From Chthonomonadales bacterium (lineage in GTDB: Bacteria > Armatimonadota > Chthonomonadetes > Chthonomonadales > CAJBBX01), in contig JBKJZI010000236.1 of NCBI GenBank assembly GCA_046715155.1, positions 1-54,332 on the forward strand: DNA of 54,332 nucleotides, read 5' to 3'. Of the stretch, positions 19,242 to 28,221 are shown piece after piece (position 1 is the first letter of the stretch; each line of letters starts with the position of its first letter). The notes beneath the pieces are model-generated. The model was given only the letters and a program-made list of their open reading frames with translations. It was not told where the DNA came from and did no database searches. Both the position numbers and the translations under genes were made by a program.

Positions 19242-19333
19242 GCGTTGGGCGTTGGGCATTCGGAACCACACTTCACGCGGCTTCTCGCGGATTCCGGAGT
19301 CTGAGTATCGTGGAACAGCCGAAGGAGCCTGGG

Positions 19334-19858
19334 ATGACGAACGAAGCCAGCCTGCATGTCGGTGACGACGAGTATCAAGCACGGACCGCGAGTTTCAAGC
19401 GAGCAAGCGACTGGGTCGGCCTGGCCGCATTCTGCCGTAATGTCGAGAAGCGAATTGCTCGTTCGATACGCCGGGGCACCACATCCGAGGATGACCAAAG
19501 ACTCCGCATTGGTGCCCTACTGGACTTGCAGATTGCGTACAGTGTCCTAAGACGACCAGACGAGGAGGTGGCGGCGGGGCAGGAAGCGATTCGCGCCGCC
19601 AAGCGCATTCCCTTGGACCCAATCAACATGCACTTCATGTATTTGATGTTGGCGCGGGCTTACAAGCATGCAGGTGCGACGGAGAAGTCGCGTGAAGCGA
19701 TCGGCCGTGCAATTACCAGCGTGCTCACAAAGTCTCAAACAGAGTTTGTTTTATGTGGCCTTGAAGAACTGGAGGCTGCCAACTCAGGTGCCATTACCCT
19801 CCGGGAACTCGCGGAGATCCTTAAGAAGGCGAGAAGAGTGGCGAGCAGGTCAGAATAG
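19334..19858 (+). CDS. hypothetical helical protein
   Basis: ATG 19334 lies 6 nt after AAGGAG. 174 aa. No recognisable motif. Confidence 0.55.
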   Translation: MTNEASLHVGDDEYQARTASFKRASDWVGLAAFCRNVEKRIARSIRRGTTSEDDQRLRIGALLDLQIAYSVLRRPDEEVAAGQEAIRAAKRIPLDPINMHFMYLMLARAYKHAGATEKSREAIGRAITSVLTKSQTEFVLCGLEELEAANSGAITLRELAEILKKARRVASRSE

Positions 19859-19959
19859 TTGCGCCCAGAGGTTTGGACATTGATGGCGGAGAGGCTTGTG
19901 AGATGTGTGGGTCCGTGGCGGCATAATGATTATGGAGACTTTTGAAACGGGGTGATTCG

Positions 19960-20220
19960 GATGGCGACGACCAGAGACATCTTGCTTGAGGAGACGGAAG
20001 ATGCGCCGGAAGAGTTCTCCGCAGCGTTATAGATTACATGCGGTTCCTGAAGCGCCGAATCCATGACGAACGGAACGAGCCCATGCTGCTGGCGGAATCC
20101 GCGCTGGCGAAGGATTGGCTCAGATAGGAAGAAGACGAGGCGTGGAAAGACCTGTAAAAGGGGATATCGTCGTCAATTCTTTTGTCAATAGTCGGTCGGG
20201 CATTTTGAATGTGGCGTCTG
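19960..20220 (+). pseudogene. decayed type II TA remnant: DUF2281-like antitoxin (frameshift plus in-frame TAG) followed by the first ~20 codons of a MazF/PemK-like toxin
   Basis: Frame a reads MATTRDILLEETEDAPEEFSAAL*. Frame b continues DYMRFLKRRIHDERNEPMLLAESALAKDWLR*EEDEAWKDL*, then KGDIVVNSFVNSRSGILNVASA*. The pieces match the antitoxin and toxin N-terminal consensus only when frames and stops are bridged. Confidence 0.5.
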
Positions 20221-20251
20221 CGTAGAATCAGAAGTCCGTTCGAAGGGGAGC

Positions 20252-21184
20252 CTGACGACCGATTGCGAATCGCAATGGCCGAGCCTACCGCTAGAGGAAT
20301 GGAGCGATACCTGCGCAACGCTGCATCTGTGGACGCAAATCGTTGGAAAGATCCGGATGGAGCAGAGTCCGTGGGTGGATCATTCGTGGGGTGTTACGCT
20401 GTATGTGACTTCACGGGGCCTTACTTCGTCGCCGATTCCGCACGGTACGCGCATCTTTGAGATCGAGTTTGACTTTATCGAGCATGAGTTGGCGATCCGA
20501 TCGAGCGATGGCGGCACGGGACAGATCCCGCTGCGGCCGCAGTCGGTTGCGGCCTTCTATCGAGAATTGATGGGCGAGATGGACCGGCTCGACCTTCACG
20601 TCAAGGTCGACCCGATCGCCAACGAGATTCAGGATACTGTCCGGCTTGACCAGGATGAGTCCCATGGGTCGTATGATCCCGAGTATGCGAATCGGTTCTG
20701 GCGGATTCTGGTGCAGGCGGATCGGGTGTTCAAAGAGTTTCGTTCGAGATTTATCGGCAAGTGCAGTCTGGTGCATTACTTCTGGGGCGGGCCGGATCTG
20801 GCGGTGACGCGGTTCTCCGGGCGGACCGCCCCGCCGCATCCCGGCGGAGTCCCCCACTTGCCGGACCGCGTTGCGCGCGAGGCCTACTCGCATGAGGTGA
20901 GCAGCGCCGGGTTCTGGCCAGGAGGCGGTTCGATTCCGTATCCGGTCTTCTACTCCTACGGTTATCCCGAGCCGGCGGGATTCCGGGATGCTACCCTCAA
21001 GCCGGATACAGCGTTTTACAGCCAGGACTTGCGGGAGTTCGTCCTGCCGTACGAAGCGGTCCGCCAGGCGGGGAATCCGGATGAGACGCTGTTGGATTTC
21101 CTGCAGACGACGTATGAAGCAGCAGCCATTCACGGAAACTGGGACCGGGATGCGCTGGAGAGACCGGCTGGATGGCACGTTTAG
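20252..21184 (+). CDS. DUF5996-family protein
   Basis: The conserved N-terminal block QWPSLPLEEWSDTCATLHLWTQIVGKIRM lies upstream of the first ATG (20357). The frame is open back to 20192 with no ATG, GTG or TTG; CTG 20252 is the only near-cognate codon. The 5' end is therefore uncertain or damaged. Confidence 0.7.
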   Translation: MTTDCESQWPSLPLEEWSDTCATLHLWTQIVGKIRMEQSPWVDHSWGVTLYVTSRGLTSSPIPHGTRIFEIEFDFIEHELAIRSSDGGTGQIPLRPQSVAAFYRELMGEMDRLDLHVKVDPIANEIQDTVRLDQDESHGSYDPEYANRFWRILVQADRVFKEFRSRFIGKCSLVHYFWGGPDLAVTRFSGRTAPPHPGGVPHLPDRVAREAYSHEVSSAGFWPGGGSIPYPVFYSYGYPEPAGFRDATLKPDTAFYSQDLREFVLPYEAVRQAGNPDETLLDFLQTTYEAAAIHGNWDRDALERPAGWHV

Positions 21185-21198
21185 GAGGGCCACCTGCG

Positions 21199-21456
21199 AT
21201 GTGTGAGCATATCGGTGCCGTTGTTGAAATGAAGGCGGCGAAGGAGTTTGCTTGCGAGGAGTGCGTGAAGACGGGGGATACGTGGGTCCACCTGCGCACG
21301 TGCCAGACGTGCGGGCAGACTCTCTGCTGCGATTCGTCTCCGAATCGGCATTCGACCCGGCATGCGATGGCCTCAGGGCATCCGGTTATCGCTTCGGCTG
21401 AGCCGGGGGAACGCTGGCTTTACTGCCACGTAGATGAAGAATTCGGAGAATACTGA
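21199..21456 (+). CDS. UBP-type zinc-finger protein
   Basis: CEHIG...CEECVKTGDTWVHLRTCQTCGQTLCCDSSPNRHSTRHAMASGHPV. ATG 21199 follows AGGAGG. Confidence 0.8.
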   Translation: MCEHIGAVVEMKAAKEFACEECVKTGDTWVHLRTCQTCGQTLCCDSSPNRHSTRHAMASGHPVIASAEPGERWLYCHVDEEFGEY

Positions 21457-21472
21457 ACTCTGGAGGTTGGCA

Positions 21473-21802
21473 ATGGCAGAGCAGGCGCCTGAATCGCTGC
21501 GCGGTAAAACGGTCCGCTGGAGCTTTAACGAGGGTCCGACGAAGGGAAAGACTTTCGAGCATGTCTTTAACGAAGATGGCTCGGCGAAGTACAACGAAGT
21601 GGGCGGCAATGGCCAGGGGGAGACGGTTCGGAAATGCGCGGTGGAGAAGGTGACGCGCGATGTTCACGTGGTCTCCTATCTCTCGGAATCCGGATACACG
21701 CTCACAGCGGTATTGAACTTTGCCGATATTACGGTACTGTCGTTCGCTTCGAATGAGAAGGGTTGGTTTCCGGCGCGGGGGACCTTCGAGATGGTAGAGT
21801 AA
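21473..21802 (+). CDS. MoaF-N-terminal-domain-like small beta protein
   Basis: GKTVRWSFNEGPTKGKTFEHVF...VHVVSYLSESGYTLTAVLNF. ATG 21473 lies 6 nt after GGAGG. Confidence 0.55.
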   Translation: MAEQAPESLRGKTVRWSFNEGPTKGKTFEHVFNEDGSAKYNEVGGNGQGETVRKCAVEKVTRDVHVVSYLSESGYTLTAVLNFADITVLSFASNEKGWFPARGTFEMVE

Positions 21803-21836
21803 GCCCTCTCGCAGTTGTGATGAGGAGGAAGAGACA

Positions 21837-23141
21837 ATGAGGTCTGCCGTATTTGCGCTATCGACAGTGGTCGGTTTTTTCGCTTTTGGCCAGTCGTCGC
21901 GAGCCGAACAAGAGGCTCCGGCAACTCCGGAATCCTTGACCGCGAAAATCGAGACGCTGCGGCCTAAACAGCTCGTCTGGAGAGAGATCGGCTGGAACCG
22001 GTGCCTGCTCGATGGGCTGAAACAATCGCGTGAGCAGAAAAAGCCGGTGCTGCTCTGGGCGTTCATCAACGCGGATCCGCAAGGGGAGCGGTGCTGAGTG
22101 TTCGCAGGAGCTGCCCGTGAGGCGGTCTTCTCCAACCCGACGGTGATCCGTCGGCTGAACGCCGAATTCATTCCGGTTTCGGTCAGCGCCGCACGGATGC
22201 ATACACCGCCGCAAGATATTGAAGGGCGTTTGCTCCAAGCGGCCGGTCGCGTCGCGCCCGCTCCACAGGGAATCGCCGTGTTGAACTCCGACGGGCAGCC
22301 GCTCGCCTGGACCCTGATGTTCGACAGCGACTCCGCGGTTCTCGACTTTCTGGACTACGCGAAGCGCCGATTCCGGGAGTATGGCGACAGGTCGCGGCCA
22401 TTCGAGAGCGAGCGATTCCAGCGCTTTCCTTCCATGCGCGAGCCGGATGCCGCGTACACGGGCGGGTTACGCGCTCCGGCAAGTCATCCTCAAGGGGAAG
22501 CGTGTCCTGGCCGTCCCCAGCATCCGAAGGGCACGCTCCGGGTGCAGGTTATCGGGCGCGCTCTGGACGACCGCGGGCAGCCCGGCGCGGATACGCTCCA
22601 CCAATCGCAGTACGTTCAAGACCAGTTCGAGATTCCGGTGCCGATGCAGCGGCTGATAGCCGCGGCGCTTTCCGGCGCGGAATTCGGCCCAATCCGCGTT
22701 CCGGATGGTTTCGCCCGGATGCTCGTCTTCCACGCTTTCCTGGGGCAGATCGACGTCCGTCCGCTGGAGAATCCGAATGGGGGCCATTCAAAGATAGCTG
22801 TGTACGAGTTCTGGGCCCAGCGAACGAGTGGGAAGGACGGAAAGTCAGTCCTGCGGCTAGATGGAACCTCTCACCTTGTTACCGATGCTGCACCGCAAGG
22901 CGAAATGCAGCACTTCCGACACTCAGTGAAGCTCACGTGGGAAGGGTTCCTGGAACTGGATGGAAACCGGATTACTCGCCTGATACTGTCCGGCGAAGGC
23001 ACGGAGCGATTGACATGGAACGCGCCGCAGCCACCCACAGGAACTCTATCAGAGGTCGCTTTTCTTCCCGCCGGCCGCTCTATCAACTTCGATGGAAAAG
23101 TGCGCTACGGATTGATAGGCAAGCCGACTGGTAGCGATTGA
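21837..23141 (+). CDS. candidate selenoprotein, exported; thioredoxin-like N-domain with in-frame TGA (22095-22097) plus ~340-aa domain of unknown function; paralog of 49130..50350
   Basis: ORFs 21837..22097 and 22098..23141 are contiguous in one frame. The first has a signal peptide and ends ...KKPVLLWAFINADPQGERC-[TGA]. The second has no RBS, spacer or signal peptide and continues VFAGAAREAVFSNPTVIRRLNAEFIPV. Confidence 0.65.
22111..22125 (+). promoter_or_regulatory. candidate SECIS-like apical hairpin
   Basis: CUGCC-CGUGA-GGCGG: a 5-bp stem including one G-U, with a loop 19-23 nt after the UGA. A stronger 7-bp hairpin, CCGACGG-UGAU-CCGUCGG, lies at 22137-22154. Neither was scored against a model. 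Confidence 0.2.
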
Positions 23142-23161
23142 GTGTATTGGTTGCATAAGGA

Positions 23162-23192
23162 CGCCCCGACGGAATCCGATTCCGCCGGGGCG
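23162..23192. terminator. GC-rich hairpin between convergent genes (probable bidirectional terminator)
   Basis: cgccccgacgg / ccgccggggcg give 10 of 11 bp, with loop aatccgatt, followed by gtcttctttgg. Confidence 0.5.
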
Positions 23193-23212
23193 GGTCTTCT
23201 TTGGTACGGAAT

Positions 23213-25207
23213 CTATTTGCTCGCTTTGAGCCGGGCGTAGATTTCCTGGAGGTCGCGGGCGGGGATCGCGTAGGTGCTGGTGCGGTCGGCGCGGGCGATA
23301 TTCAGGCCGAGAAGCCGGCCCTCGGTATCCAGCACGGGTCCGCCCATCTGCGCGGGGCGCAGGATCGCGTCGTGGTGGATCACCCTCGGGAACGGGCCGG
23401 ATACCCGGCTGACCTCGCCCGATAGCATCTCCGGCAGCCCTCCCCGGCCGGGTAGGTCTGCCGGGCGGGTGGTGAGGTTGATAGTCGCCTCGATACGCTC
23501 CTCGCCGCGGGCCAGGCGAACGGTCACGGTGTCCCCCGGTTTTTTGTTCACCATCAGGTCCATGAAGGTGTCCGGATCGTCCACCGGTTTTCCCTCTACC
23601 TCCACCACGATATCACCCGTTCGGATTCCGGCGCGGTCGGCGGGGAGATCGGGCTGCACGAACATGCGGACTCCCTGCTTGATCTTCAACTCGTCCAGCG
23701 TCTCCCGGTCTACCGGAGCAAGGCTTACGCCCATGTAGGCGCGGCTAGTAGGTCGCGGAGCAATTCCTTTGCCGCGGACCGGCATTTCGGCCACTCCCAC
23801 GATTCCGATGGCGGCAAGTCCGCCGGCGGAATCCGGTGTGAAGGTCCAGTGACCGGGCGGCGCGGAATCGGACTTTATCGCCGTCTGTAATCCGCTCGCT
23901 TTCACGCGTAGAAGGGCAACGTCCCATCCGGTTTCCGTCCCTACGCGCTCGGCGATAAGAGACCGGCCATCCGACAGGATGACAGTGAGAATCCCTTCAG
24001 GAAGCTCACTCGCCTTTGTGAGTATGTCGCCGTCGGCGGACATGAGGGTCCCAAGCGCGACATCCTTCTCGTCAGTGCGAATCCGGACCACTCCGCGAGC
24101 GAGGCTCGCGGCGGCGCTGCCGGCGGCGGAAAGCAGCAGCCGGTCCCCTTTGCGCTGACCCGGAATCGTATTAAGATTGTCGAGCCGGTCCAGGAGCCGG
24201 GTTACGGAGGCGAGGCGGGTCACCGTGGAGAAGTCGGGGTCGCTTCGGATGAATTCCGGGTCGTTGAATCCGCGATCGGCGGCATCGACCAGCGCAGCGG
24301 CGGCCAGGTCCGGCTTTCCCATCTTGGCGTAGGCGCGCGCCATCAAGATCGGGGCGGCGGCGCTGGCGGGGTCGAGTCGGACAGCCTCGCGAGCGTGGCG
24401 TATAGCATCGGCATGTCCGGCATCCCTTAGCGCGGCGCCCGCTTCCGTCAAAGCATCGCGGTAGGCCGCGCTCGGGCCGCTCCAGGTGCGGGTTTCCTCG
24501 CCCTTCTTTGCTGCTTCCACTGCTGCTTTCGCGAGGTTGACGGGCACGTGGATGCTGGCCATGCGGCGGCCCGCCGAGGTGATCATGGAATTGATTCCGA
24601 CCACTCGGCCATTGAGGTCGAAGAGCGGGCCGCCGCTGTCGCCGCTAATGAGCGGGGCGTCTGTGCTGACGCGTACGGGCTCGGATTCGTCTCGCGAGCG
24701 CATCAGGCTGATGATGCGGCCGATTCTGAGTACGGGTGGACGGTCCTTCATCTGGCCGAGTGGGTGTCCCATAGCAAGAAGCCACTGACCGCGGCGTAAG
24801 GTGGAGGAATCTCCGAGTGGGGCAACGGGCAAGTCCTGCGCTTCGTTGATTTTTACGAGGCCAAGGTCGCTTTCGCGGTCGGACCCGAGGTACGTCGCCG
24901 GAAGATTCCGTCCATCCGGCAGGGTCACCGTGCATCGGCTGCTGCGCCGGCCGCTGATAACGTGGCCGGCGGTGAGCACGAGGCCATCGGCCGAGATGAT
25001 GACTCCCGAGCCGGTAGCGCCCGCCATCCGGAGGTTCACGACGGTCTTCACCAGCGCCGGTTGAATCGCCTCTACCTGATTCTGGATGGCGAGAAATCCG
25101 TCGCGCGGCCCAGCCTGCGAAGCCGCGCCAAACAGCGCGAAAACAAGCAACATGATCGCTGCCGCTGCGTGGGTCCTGCGAGGTAGAGCGTATGTACGTG
25201 TTTGCAT
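23213..25207 (-). CDS. HtrA/DegP-like trypsin-fold serine protease with TPR-like linker, second degenerate protease-like domain and PDZ domain
   Basis: GSGVIISADGLVLTAGHV (His), DLGLVKI (Asp), GDSGGPLFDLNGRVVGINS (Ser). PDZ-like GIRTGDIVVEVEGKPVDDPDTFMDLM. ATG 25207 gives signal peptide MQTRTYALPRRTHAAAAIMLLVFALFGAASQAG. Confidence 0.88.
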   Translation of the reverse strand: MQTRTYALPRRTHAAAAIMLLVFALFGAASQAGPRDGFLAIQNQVEAIQPALVKTVVNLRMAGATGSGVIISADGLVLTAGHVISGRRSSRCTVTLPDGRNLPATYLGSDRESDLGLVKINEAQDLPVAPLGDSSTLRRGQWLLAMGHPLGQMKDRPPVLRIGRIISLMRSRDESEPVRVSTDAPLISGDSGGPLFDLNGRVVGINSMITSAGRRMASIHVPVNLAKAAVEAAKKGEETRTWSGPSAAYRDALTEAGAALRDAGHADAIRHAREAVRLDPASAAAPILMARAYAKMGKPDLAAAALVDAADRGFNDPEFIRSDPDFSTVTRLASVTRLLDRLDNLNTIPGQRKGDRLLLSAAGSAAASLARGVVRIRTDEKDVALGTLMSADGDILTKASELPEGILTVILSDGRSLIAERVGTETGWDVALLRVKASGLQTAIKSDSAPPGHWTFTPDSAGGLAAIGIVGVAEMPVRGKGIAPRPTSRAYMGVSLAPVDRETLDELKIKQGVRMFVQPDLPADRAGIRTGDIVVEVEGKPVDDPDTFMDLMVNKKPGDTVTVRLARGEERIEATINLTTRPADLPGRGGLPEMLSGEVSRVSGPFPRVIHHDAILRPAQMGGPVLDTEGRLLGLNIARADRTSTYAIPARDLQEIYARLKASK

Positions 25208-25494
25208 CTTGTTTTCTATTCCACTAGTATGCGAGCGTCCCGATACCGATAGCTGCGAATACGAACGCGCCAGCGTAGTAGGTTCCGGCACTGGAGTTAA
25301 TGCGGTACGCCAGGCAAGGGATACCTTCCTTGACGAAGACTGTTCCCCGTATGTGACACGTTCTGTTGACGTAGACTTTCGCCGCGCGCGTCAGTAACAG
25401 GTTTTGAAGGATTCCTGCATTCGATGGCGAACGCTCACATTACATTCGCCGCATCGCCCCACTCTACCCCCGGCGCTCTCAAGGAGGAACGCCT

Positions 25495-25830
25495 ATGAAA
25501 CAAAAGGTGTCGCTGCCGGTCGCTATTGCCGCAGTACTTGCCGTTATCGGAATTGCAGCCTTCGTCTGGTTCCGGCTGGCCGGCAGCCCACAAGGAAACG
25601 CGGCGGGAGGACCCCCGCCAATTCCATCGAGCGCGGCCGCCGCGCTTCAGACGATTCAGCCACCCACGGGTAAGACGGCGCCCACGGGATCAGGTGGACC
25701 TCCATTACCCGGTGGCATGATGCCGCCAGGGATGGGCGGCGGTATGACTGCGCCACCTGGAACGGGAGGTGCAATGGGTGCGCCTCCCGGAATGGGAGGT
25801 ATGACCGCGCCACCAATGTCCGGCAGATAG
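25495..25830 (+). CDS. small single-pass membrane protein with Pro/Gly/Met-rich tail
   Basis: A strong RBS AAGGAGG precedes ATG 25495. TM helix VSLPVAIAAVLAVIGIAAFVWF. Tail PPLPGGMMPPGMGGGMTAPPGTGGAMGAPPGMGGMTAPPMSGR. Confidence 0.75.
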   Translation: MKQKVSLPVAIAAVLAVIGIAAFVWFRLAGSPQGNAAGGPPPIPSSAAAALQTIQPPTGKTAPTGSGGPPLPGGMMPPGMGGGMTAPPGTGGAMGAPPGMGGMTAPPMSGR

Positions 25831-25894
25831 TAGTTCGGAACAATTGCGCCAGGACAAGCTTTCCCTGGCGGCTTTCTAAGGAAGGGAGTCGGGA

Positions 25895-26719
25895 ATGAAA
25901 CGAAGTGGTTTTACTCTGATCGAGCTGCTCGTGGTTATCGCGATTATTGCCATTCTCGCCGCAATCTTGTTCCCAGTTTTCGCTCAGGCAAGGGAGCAGG
26001 CGCGCTCCACCTCGTGCCTGTCAAACGTGAAGCAGATAGGCCTCAGCGTCAAAATGTACGCAACGGACTATGACGAGGCGTTTCCGATGGGAACTTACAA
26101 CGGTCCCCGCAACTGGGAAGTCAACATGGACGTGCCGCAGCAGAACCTGGGGTGGAATGACTGCTGGGCCGATCCCGTGTCTGGCGGTCCGATGAGATGG
26201 CTGGGATTTAACCCTGGAGACGGCGGCCCCAACTATGTTGGTTGTGGCTACGGCGGAGAGTTTTACCGGACGCTCATGACAATACAGCTCGGCCCCTACC
26301 AAAAGAACAAACAGATCTGGTACTGCCCCTCCGACAAGTACCGAACGCCGAGCCCGCAGAACATCACTACCGGAATGCAGTCCTACCAGTGGTTCCCGAA
26401 CTGGATCTACAACGGTTGCTGCGGAATCGACGTCCGCTATCCGGAAGGGTTCATTAACCTGATCTCGGACAACCCGTCGGAGAAATCGGACCGGGTGGCG
26501 GAGCGAATGCTCTTCACGGAGCGCGGTACGTTTGGCTGGGACGGGGCGGACGCCCAGAACGGTGCCTGCCAACCGTGGACAGATCGTCGCGGAATCTTCA
26601 ATCACCCGCGCGGCTACAATGCCATCTACTTCGACGGTCACGCCAAGCTGGTCCCGTACGGCCGGAAGTGGCGCACGATTCCGGCATCCGGGTGGGGCAT
26701 CGGCTGCCGGCCGCAATAG
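25895..26719 (+). CDS. prepilin-type N-terminal cleavage/methylation domain protein, DUF1559 family (type IV pilin-like)
   Basis: [29 protein letters not shown] (class III signal, G-F-T-L-I-E) and the C-terminal YFDGHAKLV motif. Confidence 0.92.
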   Translation: MKRSGFTLIELLVVIAIIAILAAILFPVFAQAREQARSTSCLSNVKQIGLSVKMYATDYDEAFPMGTYNGPRNWEVNMDVPQQNLGWNDCWADPVSGGPMRWLGFNPGDGGPNYVGCGYGGEFYRTLMTIQLGPYQKNKQIWYCPSDKYRTPSPQNITTGMQSYQWFPNWIYNGCCGIDVRYPEGFINLISDNPSEKSDRVAERMLFTERGTFGWDGADAQNGACQPWTDRRGIFNHPRGYNAIYFDGHAKLVPYGRKWRTIPASGWGIGCRPQ

Positions 26720-26736
26720 ACCTACGCCGAACGTAT

Positions 26737-26775
26737 CACACCGAAGGCCGCGACAGAATCGCGGCCTTCGGTGTG
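26737..26775. terminator. perfect 17-bp hairpin between convergent genes (bidirectional terminator)
   Basis: cacaccgaaggccgcga-cagaa-tcgcggccttcggtgtg. Confidence 0.7.
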
Positions 26776-26803
26776 AGTCCCCTTACACAACGGCGACAAG
26801 CGC

Positions 26804-28012
26804 CTAGCGTCTCAATTCAAGCAAGTCCAGTTCGATGATCTCATCGCAGTCGGCGCGGATTCCGGCGAGGAGGGCGGAATCCGGGGGGCCGTCGAGGTTG
26901 ATGCGGGCTACGGCGGCTTCGGCGCCCTCAAAGACCACGTTTTCCATTTCCTGGACGTTGATGTGGGCGGCGCGGAGGGCGTTGAGGACAATGGCGAGGA
27001 CACCGGGACGGTCGCGGTGGCGTACTACCAAGCGGTGGGTGGCGGGCGTCTTCGTTGCTAAATTGACTACGTTTGGGACGCTGCCGGTCTCCTTGAAGGT
27101 CGTAATTATGCGAACTGTTTCGGCGGCGATTGCTTCCTGGGCCTGCTCAGTGGATGCGCCGATGTGGTGGGTGCCGTATAGATTCGGCTCTTCGCGAATG
27201 GGGTCTGTGAACTCGCCTGTCCCGCCGCTGGGCTCAGTGGCGTACACGTCCAAGCCGGCGCGGATTCCACGGGAGCGCATCGCCTCCACCAGCGCGGCCT
27301 GATCCACCACCTCGCCTCGGGATGTGTTGATGAAGTACGCACCCTCCTTCATGGCGCCGAAGAATTCCGCCCCGATGATTCCGCGCGTCTCCGGGTTCAA
27401 CGCTATGTGCACGCTGACGACGTCGGATCGCTGAGCGACGTCTACGGGAGACTCCGCGAACTCTATTCCGAGGCGCGCGCCTTCTTCGGCCGTCAAGCTG
27501 CGGCTCCAGCCGACGACCTTCATTCCAAACGCCTTCGCGCACGGAATCATCTCCTGTCCGATCTTACCCAGTCCCACTAGGCCAATCGTGCGGCCGAATA
27601 GTCCGCGCGCTTCGGAGAAAGCCTTCTTGTTCCACTCGCCCTTGCGCAGGGCGATGACATTGTCGGCGACTCTCCTGTCCAGTGAAAGGATGAGGGCGTA
27701 CGCCAGTTCTGCGACCGCGATGGAGTTCGCACCGGGGCAGTTGGAAACGTAGATTCCTTTACGGGAGGCAGCGGCCACGTCGATGGTGTTGTAGCCGGCG
27801 CCCGCGCGGACCACGAGCTTCAGGTTCCCGACTTCCAACGCCTTCTCGGAGACTTCGGTGGACCGAACGACCAGGATGTCCGCGACGGAATCCGCTAGCG
27901 CTTTCTCAAGCGATTCGTCCTTGGCGTCCGGATGATAAACAACTTCACAGCCCGCGGACTCTAAACCTGCAATACCAGATTCTTCGAAGCTATCCGCGAT
28001 CAACACGCGCAT
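26804..28012 (-). CDS. serA: D-3-phosphoglycerate dehydrogenase with C-terminal ACT domain
   Basis: D-2-hydroxyacid dehydrogenase fold: GLVGLGKIGQEM NAD-binding site, SRGEVVD, and catalytic HIGASTEQAQ. It has a ~75-aa ACT-like tail. 402 aa. Confidence 0.88.
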   Translation of the reverse strand: MRVLIADSFEESGIAGLESAGCEVVYHPDAKDESLEKALADSVADILVVRSTEVSEKALEVGNLKLVVRAGAGYNTIDVAAASRKGIYVSNCPGANSIAVAELAYALILSLDRRVADNVIALRKGEWNKKAFSEARGLFGRTIGLVGLGKIGQEMIPCAKAFGMKVVGWSRSLTAEEGARLGIEFAESPVDVAQRSDVVSVHIALNPETRGIIGAEFFGAMKEGAYFINTSRGEVVDQAALVEAMRSRGIRAGLDVYATEPSGGTGEFTDPIREEPNLYGTHHIGASTEQAQEAIAAETVRIITTFKETGSVPNVVNLATKTPATHRLVVRHRDRPGVLAIVLNALRAAHINVQEMENVVFEGAEAAVARINLDGPPDSALLAGIRADCDEIIELDLLELRR

Positions 28013-28040
28013 TCATCTCTCCTGGCGAATGTAGAACGGC

Positions 28041-28122
28041 GATTAAGAGAAAGATTAAGATTAAGATTAAGATCAAGATTAAGACCCAACGACCCACCGA
28101 CCCACGACCGACCCAACGACCC
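28041..28122. repeat. two abutting simple-sequence arrays in a divergent promoter region: (GATTAA)n then (CGACCCAM)n
   Basis: GATTAA at 28041. GATTAA x3, GATCAA and GATTAA at 28053-28082. Then gacccaac-gacccacc-gacccac-gacc-gacccaac-gaccc at 28083-28122, followed by the partially complementary attggtcggttg. Confidence 0.85.
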
Positions 28123-28221
28123 ATTGGTCGGTTGACGAATCCGGGGGGCTGTGATACACTGACACGACTGCCGCCAGGCAATTCTTCGAGGCCGGCGGAA
28201 TCGTTCCCCCCGAGAGTCTGG

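Noticed and set aside
18107-19382. Long minus-strand ORFs (18107..19096, 329 aa; 18270..19382, 370 aa) antisense to the DUF4097 gene
   Set aside because: These are typical high-GC shadow ORFs. The translations are low-complexity Ala/Arg/Gly/Pro/Ser strings with no motifs, while the plus-strand frame has clear family repeats and operon context.
20411-21193. 260-aa minus-strand ORF antisense to the DUF5996 gene
   Set aside because: The plus-strand translation carries the conserved DUF5996 blocks. The minus-strand product is Arg/Pro-rich with no features.
26021-26716. 231-aa minus-strand ORF antisense to the pseudopilin gene
   Set aside because: The plus-strand frame has an unmistakable prepilin leader and the DUF1559 C-terminal motif.
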